Below are positions 47,059 to 60,300 of a DNA stretch of 64,000 nt, in pieces. The notes beneath the pieces are model-generated. The model worked only from the letters and a program-made list of their open reading frames with translations, was not told the DNA's origin and ran no database searches. Origin of the DNA: Amoebophrya sp. A120 (taxonomy: Eukaryota > Protista > Dinoflagellata); assembly GCA_905178155.1 (NCBI GenBank), contig CAJINV010000003.1:7249612-7313611 (forward strand). The letters run 5' to 3'. Both the position numbers and the translations under genes were made by a program. How positions within the stretch are numbered: the stretch's first letter is position 1; the number at the start of each line of letters is the position of its first letter.

Positions 47059-49755
47059 TTAGTTTTCCAGCACTTTCTTGGTTTCCGCTTTTCGGTTGTA
47101 CAGGACGTTAAAAAAGTATTCAACCTCCAACAAGCCGTCTTCTGGTAGATCGGTGCAGTGCACCGCATTCTCGATGCGGTTGCTACCAAACTTCGCCCGC
47201 AGCGTGTTCGGTCGCAAATGCGCCGCTACCTCTGGATCAATGGGACCGACTAATTTACCTGTATGTGCGAAAGCCGGGCATGAACGAAAAATGGTAAGGA
47301 CCGCTTACAACTACAGGGTCTAAAAAGATAAATGTGCTTTTCCACGATTCGCCCCCCATTGAGCAGCAGACCTAGCACGAGCCAGCATGAGTTCGTTCAT
47401 CCTGGTCGGGATGGTGCGAAGGAATCTAAATGGAGTCTCCATTCAGATAGATTCGGACCACCGACCACCTCCTCCACCACACGACACAGACAAAGTGCTA
47501 ATGCACTTTCAGCAATGTCATGTGGAGGTGGAAGAGTAACGCTAGACACGCACCTCACAAATATTACGTCTATACAAATAATCAAGTATTCAGAAAGAAG
47601 TGAGCAGTACGGAAGCTCTCGACGGCATTTTCCTGGCGAATTTCCATGACAAGTGCGGGCCCGGACGCGAGCTCTTCGACGAGGTCGTGATACTCTGGGA
47701 GGATTCCTCGGTACACTTCCATGAACTCTTCGGCCAAATTCTTTTCAAGCGTCCACAGTTTCATCGCACTAATCTCGAAACCCTCTTCGAGTATTCGGTC
47801 GACGATGGGACCGGCGTGACCCTGAAGTTATAGTCTTCTTTTTGATAGATTACTTATACTTAGATACAGAAATTTATATAAAATGAATGCAGTTCATCTG
47901 GACAAAAAAATTCTTGTCCGCATCGCAAAGGGAAAGGCTTCTTCACACAACTCACGTAAATCACACTTCAATCATCGGAACGAAACTAGAACAGCATCGC
48001 TTGAAACTCGATCCAAGCCCTTCTCGAAGATAAGTACCGACGTGACCGCATGCGGCTTGACGATTCCTACCGTGCAGTTGTTAAAGATGGCTGTCGTGGG
48101 CAGTTTGTTCTCCTCCCCAAAAAACAAGTTCAACTCGCGCGCCGCACTGCCACTGCTATCGCTCCCGTGCGCAGCATTTCGTGTTCCGTCAGTGCCGAAC
48201 CGCGCGCGGATGGATCCGGGTGCCTCTTCCCTGATGTAATTGCATCGTTTTCTGCGTACGTGCCGATCTAAGTGGTGCGATCGACAGTTCAATGATCATA
48301 AAACTACTTCATCTGTGAAGGATTTTTCTCCTTCGAGAGTACTGAATTTGAAGTTCATAAACAGGAGAGAACTGCTACTGTTCCTTAGCTGACGGATTCA
48401 ACCTCAAAAACGAGAGAGATTCCATGAACTTTCTTACTGTGCTTTTTGTGTGTTTGTTGGCCCCATCAGAGACCTCCACGTGGACACTGCGTTCTTTCCG
48501 ATTAACTCCATGGCTACGCAAACGTCAGACGTCATGAAGTTCACCAGGTTCTCGTAGAATGGCTTGCCTGTGCGACAAAGATTTCTATGATTTTGTTGAC
48601 CACATGCAGTACCAGCATCATCGTCAGCTTTAGAAGATGAAATCACTCTGTCTTCTATACTTAATTCCAGCACATAGTAACAAGTAGGCCATACCTTTGT
48701 GTTCCGCGTACTGCTCTTCGGCAAAGCCCTTCGTCATCTTCAGCATCTGCAACTTTGATATGACTAGCCCATGCTCGTGGATGAGCTCGATTATCTTACC
48801 TGAAGGGAAAAAAGTCGAAGGTCGTGCTCCACGAACTCCTTGATACATGTTGCTGAATTTACAAACAGGATCACAAAGACTAAGACAATTCTACAGCATT
48901 GCGTGTTCTTTCACGAATCGTGTGTTACGAATGCAGCTGAAGAAGAAGCTCACCGATGTGCTGGTATGCATCTGGCTTGATGAGCGCTAGCGTTCTGGAC
49001 TTCTCCGATATAGGAAGATAAACAGAGCAGACCGCACGCGTATGTCAACCATACTGCTTGTCTACTCTTTCAACGATCGTGAGTGAGACTGCACCAACGT
49101 ACGTGTTGTCTCAGTGACAGTGTAAGCAAATTCGCAGTGCATGATCATAAAAAAAGCAAACGACGCGAAGAAAGGTGCGTGGCTCCGTGACTCTGGTGTA
49201 CGGATTTGAGCAAGAGTACTGTACGGCACTCGTGACAATATACGAAACTCCTGGGACTGTCCTGTTTCTCTTTTCGTACGCTCTTCAAATATGTTCCGTG
49301 TAAACACGTCGCAGTAGTCCACGATTCTCATATGCCTGCTGTGGATACCTGTGCGATTTGTTTCCGTTGGGTTTTATTTTTAGAAAAATTGCTTGGGGCG
49401 TGCGCGTCGCTGATGTAAATTTTATTTCACTCATATTTTGGAACATCTTACTAGCTATAGTTTTTGGTACCCAAACGACAAGAAAAAATCAGAAAATTTA
49501 TGCGAAACAGGCACTGAAAAGTCGGGCAAAGATGCTACGAAAGGCAATGACTCCAATACAGAGCGTGCTTCCGAGATAAAGTTTATCTGCTGTGACGGAG
49601 GGGCAGTGGGATCGTTTCAGGAAAAGGCGCTTGGCCTTGGTGTCGTACAGTTCGATTGTATTGTCCTTTGGGTAGAAGGTGAATTGGTAGTATCGGATCA
49701 GCGACGCCCCGCCGTCGAACCATTCCGTCTGAAAGACGTACCGCTCGTCTACCAT
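47059..49755 (-). CDS. NME7: Nucleoside diphosphate kinase 7 (DM10 + two NDK domains); exons 49755-49560, 49348-49281, ~49002-48954, 48799-48695, 48567-48438, 48230-48038, 47821-47611, 47258-47059
   Basis: The spliced translation is colinear with NME7: MVDERYVFQTEWFD (DM10), RTLALIKPDA, GSIRARFGTDGTRNAAHGSDS, NCTVGIVKPHAV, LRPNTLRAKFG..IENAVHCTDLPEDGLLEVEYFF. Six introns are GT-AG and one is non-canonical. Confidence 0.95.
49003..49283 (-). mobile_element. Introner-like non-canonical intron 2 of NME7 (GAG direct repeats, degenerate inverted repeats)
   Basis: The conserved protein fixes the junction at NIFEE..KSRTLALIKPD. Minus strand GAG-CGTACGAAAAGAGAAACAGGACAG ... CTGCTCTGTTTATCTTCCTATATCG-GAG. 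No in-frame GT-AG pair at that junction. Confidence 0.7.
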
Positions 49756-51037
49756 GATGATGATTCAGATTGTTGTCAGTTACAGCTTCTCTATGTATAA
49801 TAGGAATACAGCTCACTGCATAATATCCGACAACTCTGCTCGTCCATAAAAGTTGCAGATGATTTGCAGAGGTTTCTGGAGGCCGTGGTCGGCAGCAAAT
49901 GCACAGCCACTTAATTATATGCCGAGAATTTTTGTATGTTAGTTTGCACCATTGTACTGTATTTCTAAAAGGTACATACAAAATCGCTCAAGGCCAGGTG
50001 TGACGACGTCGATGCGATAAAACAACTCCACAATGCTCTACGATTTTTTTCGAAAAAGAGCCAGTTGCATCTGATTTCACTCAGTATTGAAAGAAATCGC
50101 AGCCGAAGCAGTATCACGTTGCTGCAGAAATCGCTCCTACGAGGCAAGAGACACAAAACCGAACGAGAAATCAGGGGCCGAAAGGCGTTTTTGCCAGCGG
50201 CCTCGTGATCCTGATTCGCTGTTACCTATTTCAGTTATGTATGACGCCGTAAATGTGAATGTGAAAGCATTGCATTCTTGAACATGCCAACTTTCACTGC
50301 TTTTTGCACCCAACTGCAGCAGCCAGGTCTACCGTGGCTTTGATTCAGAACACTGCAGCAAAGCACGAACAAAATCAACTCCTTTCGACCCCCATCAACC
50401 CTTAAAAGCGATTGATGCGCTTAGTCCACCTCAAGGTCCTCTGGCACTTTTTCATAGCTTCCTCAAGCGGCACTTTCGATGTTGCAAAGGTACTTATCCA
50501 TAGAAAAGAGCGCGGCGCCTCTTGCTGGCCAACATGTGTTCTCTGTCTGTGATATTCATATTAATTTGTGAAGGCAAATAAAGCAGCTTGGCGATTTATA
50601 GAAAAATTGCGGTGTAACACATATGAATGAAGAAAAAAAGCAACAGGCTTGGTGTAGAACAAAAGAGATCAGTGTAGTTGCTGCAAAGGGCACCAGATGC
50701 CGATGATGCTGAAGGAGATTCACTACAAGCAGAGGCAGCATGCACCATCTACGCCTACCAAAAACTCGATATTTATACGCTGGATGGGAGTAGATGTGGA
50801 GACCCTCCCTTCGATTCATCTACTGAGTATCGCATTCACAGGCGCGCGCAGGTTCACCCAACGAGGTGACCACAACGAACGGAGCCCGCCGGCCTGATGA
50901 AACTAGCGAGATTCGAAAGGATACGCGAGACCACGCCACGCAGGCACCTGTAGGTACGACGGGCAGGATCCTTTCTGCGTTGCCGGTGCTCGCCCTTTCC
51001 TTGCCTTTCCTCTCTTCGAGACAGAATGTCTCCGCAA

Positions 51038-54000
51038 TTACAGCTCGTCATCCGATGAAGAAAGCGCACGGCTAACGGGGTCGTCACCTACTCCTGGTGG
51101 CAGCAAAGTGGTGAGCTTACTTCGCAGCCCTAGGCTCAGGTCCAGGCAAGTTTTGCTCTTGCAATGCCGCAACAAGTCCGTGATCGGCTCAACGTATACT
51201 CTTGTGAGCAAAAGCTCCCTGCTAACGTCGAGAATTCTGCGCACCCACGACCGCCACAGATCCCGCTCAGACACCTATGTTGAAGTTAGTTGATGAAGAT
51301 GATGAAGATGTCTCAACAATTTTTTATATTGCGATAATTTTGCGAGAGATCATGAAAATCTAAACGTGGTATCCTCTCATACAAAATCACAAACACGAAC
51401 AACGTAGAGAAGAAGAACACTACTACGTTCGGCTTCGGTGACCTCAGCCTCACTACATATAACGGGGGAACTCGCAGCTGCTACACGCAAAAAAAAGTCA
51501 GTGGCCGATTCTGGTACCTGGACCTTTCTTCTGTCTCTGCTCCAAAGTAGGTACTGTCGGGAAGCAGGAGAGGTTTCGCCGCCGATAAACTGGAGTTCGA
51601 TCTCGAGGACCTTCGCCGGCATATGTGCCAGAAGCGTTGCTTGTTGACCAGCCTCGTCCCCTTGTGTCAGCGCGGTCATGACCGCTTTCCAGGCGTCGCG
51701 ATCTTCGTCCGCTGTCGTCACAGATGAGGTCATCGAAGTATCCCCATGGGCATCGCTCTCCTGATCCGTTGTGCTGGTGCGGATCCGAAGCGCCAGCCAG
51801 CCGCCTGCGTCTGCGCGCGTGACCACTTCCATGCCAAACTGTTCCTGAAACCGACGGCTTTGCCCTTCTTCTGAACTGACCGCGGTTGTAGCACGTTCGT
51901 CGCTGTCGTGGAGCAGAAAGTCATGCACCGCAGGGTCTACTCCCGGCCAAAACTGGGCAGAGAATATCTCTAGCAAGGTTCCGCGCTTAGTAGAGCCGCG
52001 AGCACGCGAGACCGTGCCAGTAGGTGTTCGACCCGCAGCTCCTGCGGGCGCGGCACCAGAAGCTGGTTGACTAAGGGGATCGCCTGATTGGACCGGTTCG
52101 TGGAACCAAGCCTCCCCTGCTTTGACAGAGCCGAATAGCAAGACGTCGGCGGTGAAGCTCGCAGGTGCTCGATGCAGACCATATGTTGCAACTACAGTGT
52201 CGCTGTCCTCTCTCGACTCCAGAGGATTCCTTGCCGCGCGCTGGCCCGAAGGCGAAGGTCTTCCATCGCTTGTTCGTGTTCTCTCAAAGGGTAGCAGCCA
52301 CAGCAATTTTTCCCGTTCATGGTGCGGCAACAGATCTGAATCTTCTATGTCTGTGCGGCCGCCGTGGTCCCCTCTTTGGACGCTTGATGTACTACCGGAG
52401 TATAGTCGAACGCCAGGCGCCAGACTGGTCCAATTTTGTGCAGTCAGCTTCAGGTCGAAGCTTGTGGGTGGCGAGGAAAGAACATCTTCACCTGTATGAC
52501 ATTGATTTACAAACCTGTGGTGAAGGAAGCTTCGACCAGACACATATTTCTCATTGCGAAGGCTCAGATGAAAAAAAAAAGTTGATGTGTATGATCACCA
52601 GGTGCAGTATAATAATCAGAGACACTTCTAATTCAATTGATATTTATAGTATTGATATCAATCGTAGCTTGCATTGCCTCGCTGTCGCTTATTTTCCTAG
52701 AGAATTACAATTTCGAGTTCCTGTGAAAGCAATGAAAAAGATGAATATATCAAATGCTTGTCATGCTCCTGCTTGCAAAGACATATAAAGAGTACCAGTG
52801 GCGGTAGAAAACGGGCTGAACGGTACTAGAACACGGCCTTGTATTAGTGCTAGCTGTGGCATGGAGCTCGTCTGGGTCAGCACCGTATCCCGCAAGCACA
52901 TGGCTTCGCGGTCGAACCCTTGCCCCAGAACGGCCTCGTAGTTCTTCGATAGAGCAAAAGAAGCGCTTCTACTAGCTGTAGCGGCAGTAGCGACTATGTG
53001 GCTTGTTGAGCGAAGTGCCAGTGACGCCTCTGTGGCGCTTCGCAGCGATGGTCTGAAAGAACCTGAATTGGTTTCGTCTTCTCCATTTGCAGCTTCTCCC
53101 AAGTTTTTACCGCCACCAGTGCTAGTCGGAGCTTCTTCGTCGCGCCGCGACGCTGCATCCTCATCTGGAGACTGTGCTGCTCCTCTGCCAAGCGCTGAAG
53201 CTGGAGCAGACGGGACCGGGACGGGGGACGAAGCGGAGGTTGCAAAACTTTGCATCGTTTTCGGCCCGCCGCCGGCCCCAGCACTAGCATGCTGGCCATT
53301 CGGATTCGCCGAAGAGGATACGGGGACACTCCCTCCAACAACGGTGTTTTGCTGCAGCGCAGCCATAATGCGGGGACTGCCCAGGATGGGATTTATGCTA
53401 GCAGGGTCAATAGGCGGCTGATTTGAGGACGCGGATGCACCAGCTGCGCCACTACCGCCAGAAGACGAGCCACCAGCTGTGACAGAGCTGCTCCCGAGAG
53501 GGCTAGCAGCCGGTGCCCGACCCGTAGGTGGAGGCTCCACAATCAGCGTAGACTTTTGCTGCACGAAGAGATCCCCATTGTGCACATTGTTTGTTGATGT
53601 ACCTGCCCCTGTTGGGTTGGAAGAGGGTGCAACTACGCCTCCGACGGTTGTAGACCCTGGTGCCGTGGGGCCGCCTTGAGGTTGCTGTTGACCGTGTTGT
53701 TCCAAACCTCCATTAAAACTGATGGTCGTGCCTGCTCCAACAACTGCGCCGGCACTGCCAGCGGCCTGATGCTGTGCTGGGTTTACATTATGGCTGTACA
53801 ATGTGGTCCCTGGGGAGAGGTTCTTCGGAGTGATGTAGATACCGCCTCGGCTATCAACATGAATTCCGTTGGAGTGGTACGAACGCTCACGTTCGCGGTG
53901 TAAATCGTAGTAGAACTCCTCTTGTTCCCACGACGTGCCGCCGCTCCGCGAGGACGTGCCTCCCCTCGTCGTACTGACCGAACGGTAGCTCGTACTAGCA

Positions 54001-54464
54001 GTGTGCGAAGCAGTCCCACCGTTGCCGTTTCCCCCCGTGCTCCCTGTGCTCCCGCCGCCACCTAGGTTGCTGCTTTTCAAACCAGCAGTAGAAGAAGTTC
54101 CACTGTAGAAGGAGCCACCAGTGTGCTGGTCCGTGTAGGCGTCCGCTGAAAAGCTACTGCCCAAACCGGTCGCTGCAACCACGGGCTGGGGGCAAGCTGC
54201 ACCCCCTACACTTACCGCATACAGAGATACAACCAACGAGGCCAAGGACAAGCCGAGGTTGACAAGAATCAGGAATGACAGGCAGATCAGCGCGTTCGTG
54301 AAGTCTCGCTGCTGTCGCGCAGCAGACTTTGAAGTCTGCAGCGCCGCCGCTGCAGCGGCGCCATTGCTTGGATCGACACCGGGGCCCGCAGCCCATTGCT
54401 GCTGATACTTGTTCTGGTGTTGCAAACTCGAGAAGCTACGTGCCGGAGAATACATGCGGGTCAT
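51038..54464 (-). CDS. N-terminally membrane-anchored Ser/Gly-rich protein of unknown function (exons about 54464-52796, 52491-51433, 51274-51038)
   Basis: The 567-aa ORF has a long hydrophobic stretch ALICLSFLILVNLGLSLASLVVSLYAVSV. The intron G|GTACTC..catacAG|GT (52492-52795) joins it in frame to the 388-aa ORF. The second junction is tentative. Confidence 0.6.
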
Positions 54465-57335
54465 AGTCCTGTTCCGCCCAGATGATAGAGGAATGTGGAC
54501 GTCCCGAAACCGATGACCTTAGCAGCCGCAAACCAAGTAGGCTAGCGGTCGTACGTCGAGAGCAAAACTATAACAAGAGAGTGTCTTATTTCCGTCGGCG
54601 CGGAACCTGGGTTCCTACCGACGGGTTGGGTTCACCTTCTGCTGCACGCCTCGACGTCTAACAATTGAACATAGTTGGCGGCAACGAACAAGGAGGATTC
54701 ATCAATCTACATTTTCATTTCGGACTTGATCATGATACTGATTACACCTGTGGTGCAAAGAATATCAATCTTCTTCTTTCCAAATGAACTGTCAAGAATA
54801 TCAATCTACTGTGCCGGGTTCGAGAAAAAGAGGCTTACCCAAGGGGGGGAACGAGCGGGTGCTTTTCACTGGAACTGGGCGTCTCGTCAGCAACAAGAGT
54901 TTATACTTTCAACAGCAGTGTTATTGAAGACTCGACGATACTAGTACAATTAAAGGTGGCAAGCGATGTTTCTGGCAGCACCAGCAGCTACTATCAACAC
55001 AAAAAAAAAAGGAAAAGGTGCTTAGCTCGCCTTGAAATAAATGAATGGCTCGTCTGTCGCTCTCCCGTAGGCTTTTGATATGGGCGCTTGGAGCTGCCTT
55101 GAGCTTGCTGACCGATTTTTTTTTACACCGTCCTCAAGTCTTTTTCTCTCTGGATGTGCTTCGTCCTCGCTGGCCTGATCTTTCCAGCGATAGGAGCACA
55201 CTAGGCGAGCATAAAAGAAAGTAACACTCCCTCTGGTGCACGTGCAGTTGAAGTTGTAGCATTGGTGGCATTTCTACTTTTTGCCTTACGTTCTGACTTA
55301 CAGTCTTTCACTTTACAGGCGCACGTTGTTGTCTTCAAAGTTCCGTCTCATTGATCTTTTTGCCTCACCGATTACAACGTACATTATTGCTGTTCTTGCC
55401 TTGCGTTTCTTACACCAACCCGTCTGCGTTAATGCCGTGCGAAACACTTGCACTCACCTAATTGCAGGCACTGAAGATGCTTTTGCTACAGAAAGCACAG
55501 GGCGGTCCCCCGCCAGACAAAGACAGCACATTTGATTTTCCACGGCCGCGGCTCATCCGTGTCCGCATCATTTGGTTCTGCTTTTCGTTTTCGGTGTGCA
55601 TTGAAGATACTTACTACGAGGTCAGCATCATGTTCTTCTCGTCATCCGTTAGAGCTGCAGCTACAATACAACAAGCGGGTACATCTTTTTTTGAACATGT
55701 TAAATAATGTAAATCAGATTTACAACACCTCCTCCAAGATACGTGCATAAAGTACATCGTAGCTTTGCATTTTGGGAATGCTTATGATGGACCACGACCA
55801 GCCCGAGGTGTACGACCTGACCAACAAGGGGTGGCCAATAAAATGGTCCCCTGGTGAATGTTTGCTCGTGCACGACGAGCGAAAAGACAAAACTATCACC
55901 AATTCTGATTGAGGTCGTCTTTGATAGTTGCTGCTCCTCGCAGCGCCTTGAAGATGTCACCGTATACGACAGATGATCTTCACCTCACTTATCAAAGGCG
56001 GCGTAGAGCTCGAGGGAAGTTGAAAATATCATTGACGAAAGAGTGTTTCACGAAGATAAAAGTGCAGCATGCACAGTAGCGCAATACAGAGCAGACCATG
56101 ATTATGTCATGCAACCATAACACGTGTTGCGCCTTACTAGCTTCGCCGTCTTCCTTCCTAACCTTGATATACCTACGCATCTGGTTAGGAAAATGAAAAA
56201 GATAGAATCCACATCCAGAAACGCTCACTAGGACGAGCGATCTGGATCTGGCATATAGCGTTACAAGAATCTTCAGTTTGTTCACTTCACGTAGTACAAC
56301 GCACATTATGGAAACGATGTGAAGCGATGTAGTACTACCAGCCAACTTTTTGTAAATTTTCTTTCTTCAAAAACTCTATTGTCTTTTTCTTGCGCAACTT
56401 GCAGCTGCTGTTAGTAGACTTGTCTTTTAGATTTAGTGGAATTGGGACTTTGGCTGTGTGTGACAACAGCTAAGACGACAGAGCCATTTTGGGAATTCAC
56501 TACACTGATACAATTTCTTCGTCCAAAGCGGCCCGCGCGTTGCTGCTCTAGAAAGACCACGGAGGAGCCGGTCCTTACGTGGCAGAAAAGGTGAAGCCCC
56601 CAGGTGCGCCGATAGTCGGCATGTTTGCCGGCGTCTGCAGTTGCACGCCAGAAAAGCTCGTGCTTCCGCTGCCGCCACTGGAAACCGAGGACCGATGACC
56701 GCTGCCGCCAGTCGGCGCCGCGCTAGAGGGTGGCGGCGGTATGCCCAATCCAGCTCCCAAGCTTGGAACGTTCAATTGCACTCCTGCACGAAGCTGCACG
56801 TATTTATTTTTGCATAGGGATGATACGCAGACAAAAGGAGAAACTGTGGCACCATCAACAGAGCAATCATAGTAAGGCAGTGACAGATTTCTCCGCAAGA
56901 TCTAGCAGTTTTCCAGATCGTCCAAGTTGCCGAACAAATGTAATTCAGAAGTTAATTCACTGAAAGTCTAAAAAATCTCTGGTCGTGTAACTGGAATCGC
57001 AAAAAATAAAAGTCTTCTACCACTCCATTATTCTTGGGTAGTGCCCGCAGCAGGCCTCCCTTCTGGTTAAGATACACCTTGTATGATAGTGGACAACTCC
57101 CCCGCCCGAGGGTTTGAACTTGAAGGGCATGAGCAGCGCCGGAACAAGCACACGGACGCCCTCTGAAGATGACACTAAAGTTTGTTGTATTCACAAAGAT
57201 TTGTGAGTACTTATAGTGCTAGTCGGGCTTCCGAAACTGGTGGTCATGCACATGGACATGAAGAAGCAGGACACGAGTTGGCATTTTGCATCGGAAATGA
57301 CAAAGAGGGAATGTTGAAGTTGTCCACCATCATAC

Positions 57336-60300
57336 TTCCAGCTCCTGGACCATATCGGCGTTGTATCCCCGGTGAGGCATGATGGGGAAGCCCGACTCTA
57401 TGTCCACCGTGTCATGGTCCGGCGGGTGTGCAAAATAATGCTCGAACGCCTGCTTGAGTAAATTGACGGGGGACTCCTGGTGACTCGCCTGCAAGCTCCG
57501 AAGAAACTCACCCTTGTCGCAAGGCCGAATTACCGCGTTAAAGGTAGACCCAATATCGACGATGTAAAGGTTGCCTAATTGATATTTTCATAACATATTT
57601 GTTCAATTTGTTCATTGAGGAAATAAAACCACAACCAAAAAAATCACAAACGCCAGCGATGGGGGACAAATGACGCTGCACCGGAGCAGGGTACCATAGC
57701 ACAAAAATGAATGAAAGAATATCGCGCGACCTTCACCTTGTCTATTGATTAGGATGTTATCGGCTTTTCCGTCACCCATTTTCCGCCTGTGCCGCAGGTA
57801 GAAGCGGTGGAATAGACGCGGTATTTGAAACCCGATTAGGTTCTTCATGTGCCCCATCACCTCCTGCTGTACTTCCCCAGGAGCTTTATCGAAGGCTGAT
57901 ACCAGGTCCCGTATGTTGATGCAGTTTTCCACAAAATTTAAGACGACGATATCATAGTACTTCGGCGCTGTATTTTGATTTTTTCGTGATGCATACTATT
58001 TTCATCTTCGCTCGCAATCTCATTTCGCGAAGCACATGAATTGGAAGTTGGCGTGTTGCCTTGCTGATGAAGATACTGATACATCACGTTGGCGCTCATC
58101 CACAGTCGTGACAACATTGACGGCCGGACGTGTTGCGCACCAGAAAAGCAAAATTCAAAGCAATGAGTTGACATGGCGACCTATTTATACCCAATGGATC
58201 CACAACCTTCTGCTCTCCCCGACTATTTCTTCCTGCTCTCTTCGAGTTAATACCAGAAAAATTGCAAGCCAAGAAAGCAAAAACGCAAGCAAGCGTCGCA
58301 AGCGTCTCAGAAAAAGGATAAGCTGCATCTAAATCTATCTGCTATGAGAGAGAAATATAATACGAAGAGCACACTCATGCAAGCTTCTGGGACACGTCTG
58401 TCAAGACTGGTGACTAGTTCCCTCTGTAATAATGACAAAACGCGCTCGCTGGTGGACGCAGAATAGACGCATTTCCATTCGTAGTGCGCGCGATGGCCGA
58501 GCCGGAACCTTACGTTAGCATTAGCTTGTGACGATGCGACGTGCCGTTTTTGGCCTGGGCAACCGTGTTGATTTTGCGAGGATAGAGCTACTGCTTGTGC
58601 TCGAATTCGTCTGCTCGATAACTCCGCGATAGGAGGCGATTGGGAAGCAGACATTTGCGTCGCTCGGCAGCTCAGGGCAGCACAGGCGAAGATATTCTGT
58701 CTCTACCGCTTCGCCTTGTGAGGCGCCGGGCATCTCCTGTCGCACGGCGATTACTTTCACCAAGAGTTTCCCCTGGGCTCCCATTCCGGTCATAATAAAC
58801 TCGTGGTTCAGCCCGCCACCCGCAAACTTCTTGATATCCTGCGTACTGATGGACGACGAGGAGGAGCCTCCTCCACCACCTGCATATTGTGATAAAATTA
58901 TCTTTCTCCTGATCTCACGGGATTCCGATTGCGCCCTCACACGGGACCGCTCGTCCCTCTTTTCAAAAGATGAGATGAACATGAACAGATGAAGTACTAC
59001 ACAAGAACTCCCGGAAGAGCGTGGATGAGCATTTTTCTCCTGGTGGGACCTGTTATACCTGTACCTCAATACATCATGTTTCTTCGTAGCTTTAGATTTA
59101 GTCGACAAACGGACGCCAAGGCAATCAAAATCATCGTAAAACCATTTTTGGTACTGCTTCTGCCGGTGCGCTGGAAGATTTTGTCGAGTGTTTCCTGAGG
59201 AAAGACCTCTCTGAGCTCCTGCGCAAAGTCGGTGAAGTCGCGCCGCAGGGGGCGGTTGATTGCAACTCTCTTGACGCGATCGATGATCGCCTGGTCCACA
59301 GTCTCGATGCGTCCCAAGTTTTGGTTGTTGATCCACCCGTCTAGCGTGTTCAGGTTGGGCCCTCGTGCCGAGTTAATGATCATTGGGATGCTACTATCGG
59401 AGGAGCCCGCGCTTGAGGCTCCCGAGCCATGCACCCGCTCTCCGGGCCCGCCGGACGTGCCACCGCCAACGAGATCCAGTGCACCGGTGAGGGACGCCCC
59501 ATTTAGACTGAGGCCGTTAGGCATGCTCAAGCCGGGGAGGTTGAAAATGGACTTCTCTGGCATTGCACTGGCCACGCTGGCAGGAGCCTGTGGAGGGACC
59601 GTCACACCACTGGCGCCGGCTGCTGCGCCCGCGGAAGACGAGGACGCAGGCGTTGCTTGATCATACGAAGCGTAGCTTGAGGAGCTCGCAGGGAGCTGAT
59701 CTCCTGGCAACGGTAGACTTGACGATGAGTAGAAGTTCTGCTGCGCGAAAGACGCTCCCGCGCCGGATGACGCTCTGCTTGCGTTTCCCCCGAAATGTTG
59801 TGGAACCTTTTTGATGTCACCAATCTTTAAAAAAAAAACTGATGGGATGAAACCTCAAACACAGTTAGGAACAACTACGAACAGACGCACTACATACTCG
59901 CGGAAGTTCTAGCTTTGTCTGCTATGGCCAATCTCAAGTTCAATAGGCTTATAGCTCAGGAAGAGACAAATACAAAGCTCTACTGCCACCTCTAGGTGAG
60001 CGTGAGGCCTTGTATCTAATCCTATGCTTTTTGCGCGAGGAGGTGGGCATGCCTACTGCAACATACACCGCGGCCATTAACAGCATCTTCGCAACCAAGC
60101 TACTTTGGTTTGGATGTTGATTTAGATTTCGATCCATACGCAAAAAAAGGTAGAAAGATCTATACTCACAGTTACAGATGCTTCTTACTGAGCCAGAAGG
60201 GGCGACGACCACGCCAGCACCGGATGGTAGGATTGTCTGCTCGAATTCGGCTGGTGTCGAACCTGCTGCTCCTCCGCCGTCTCCGCTGGTCGCAGCGCGC

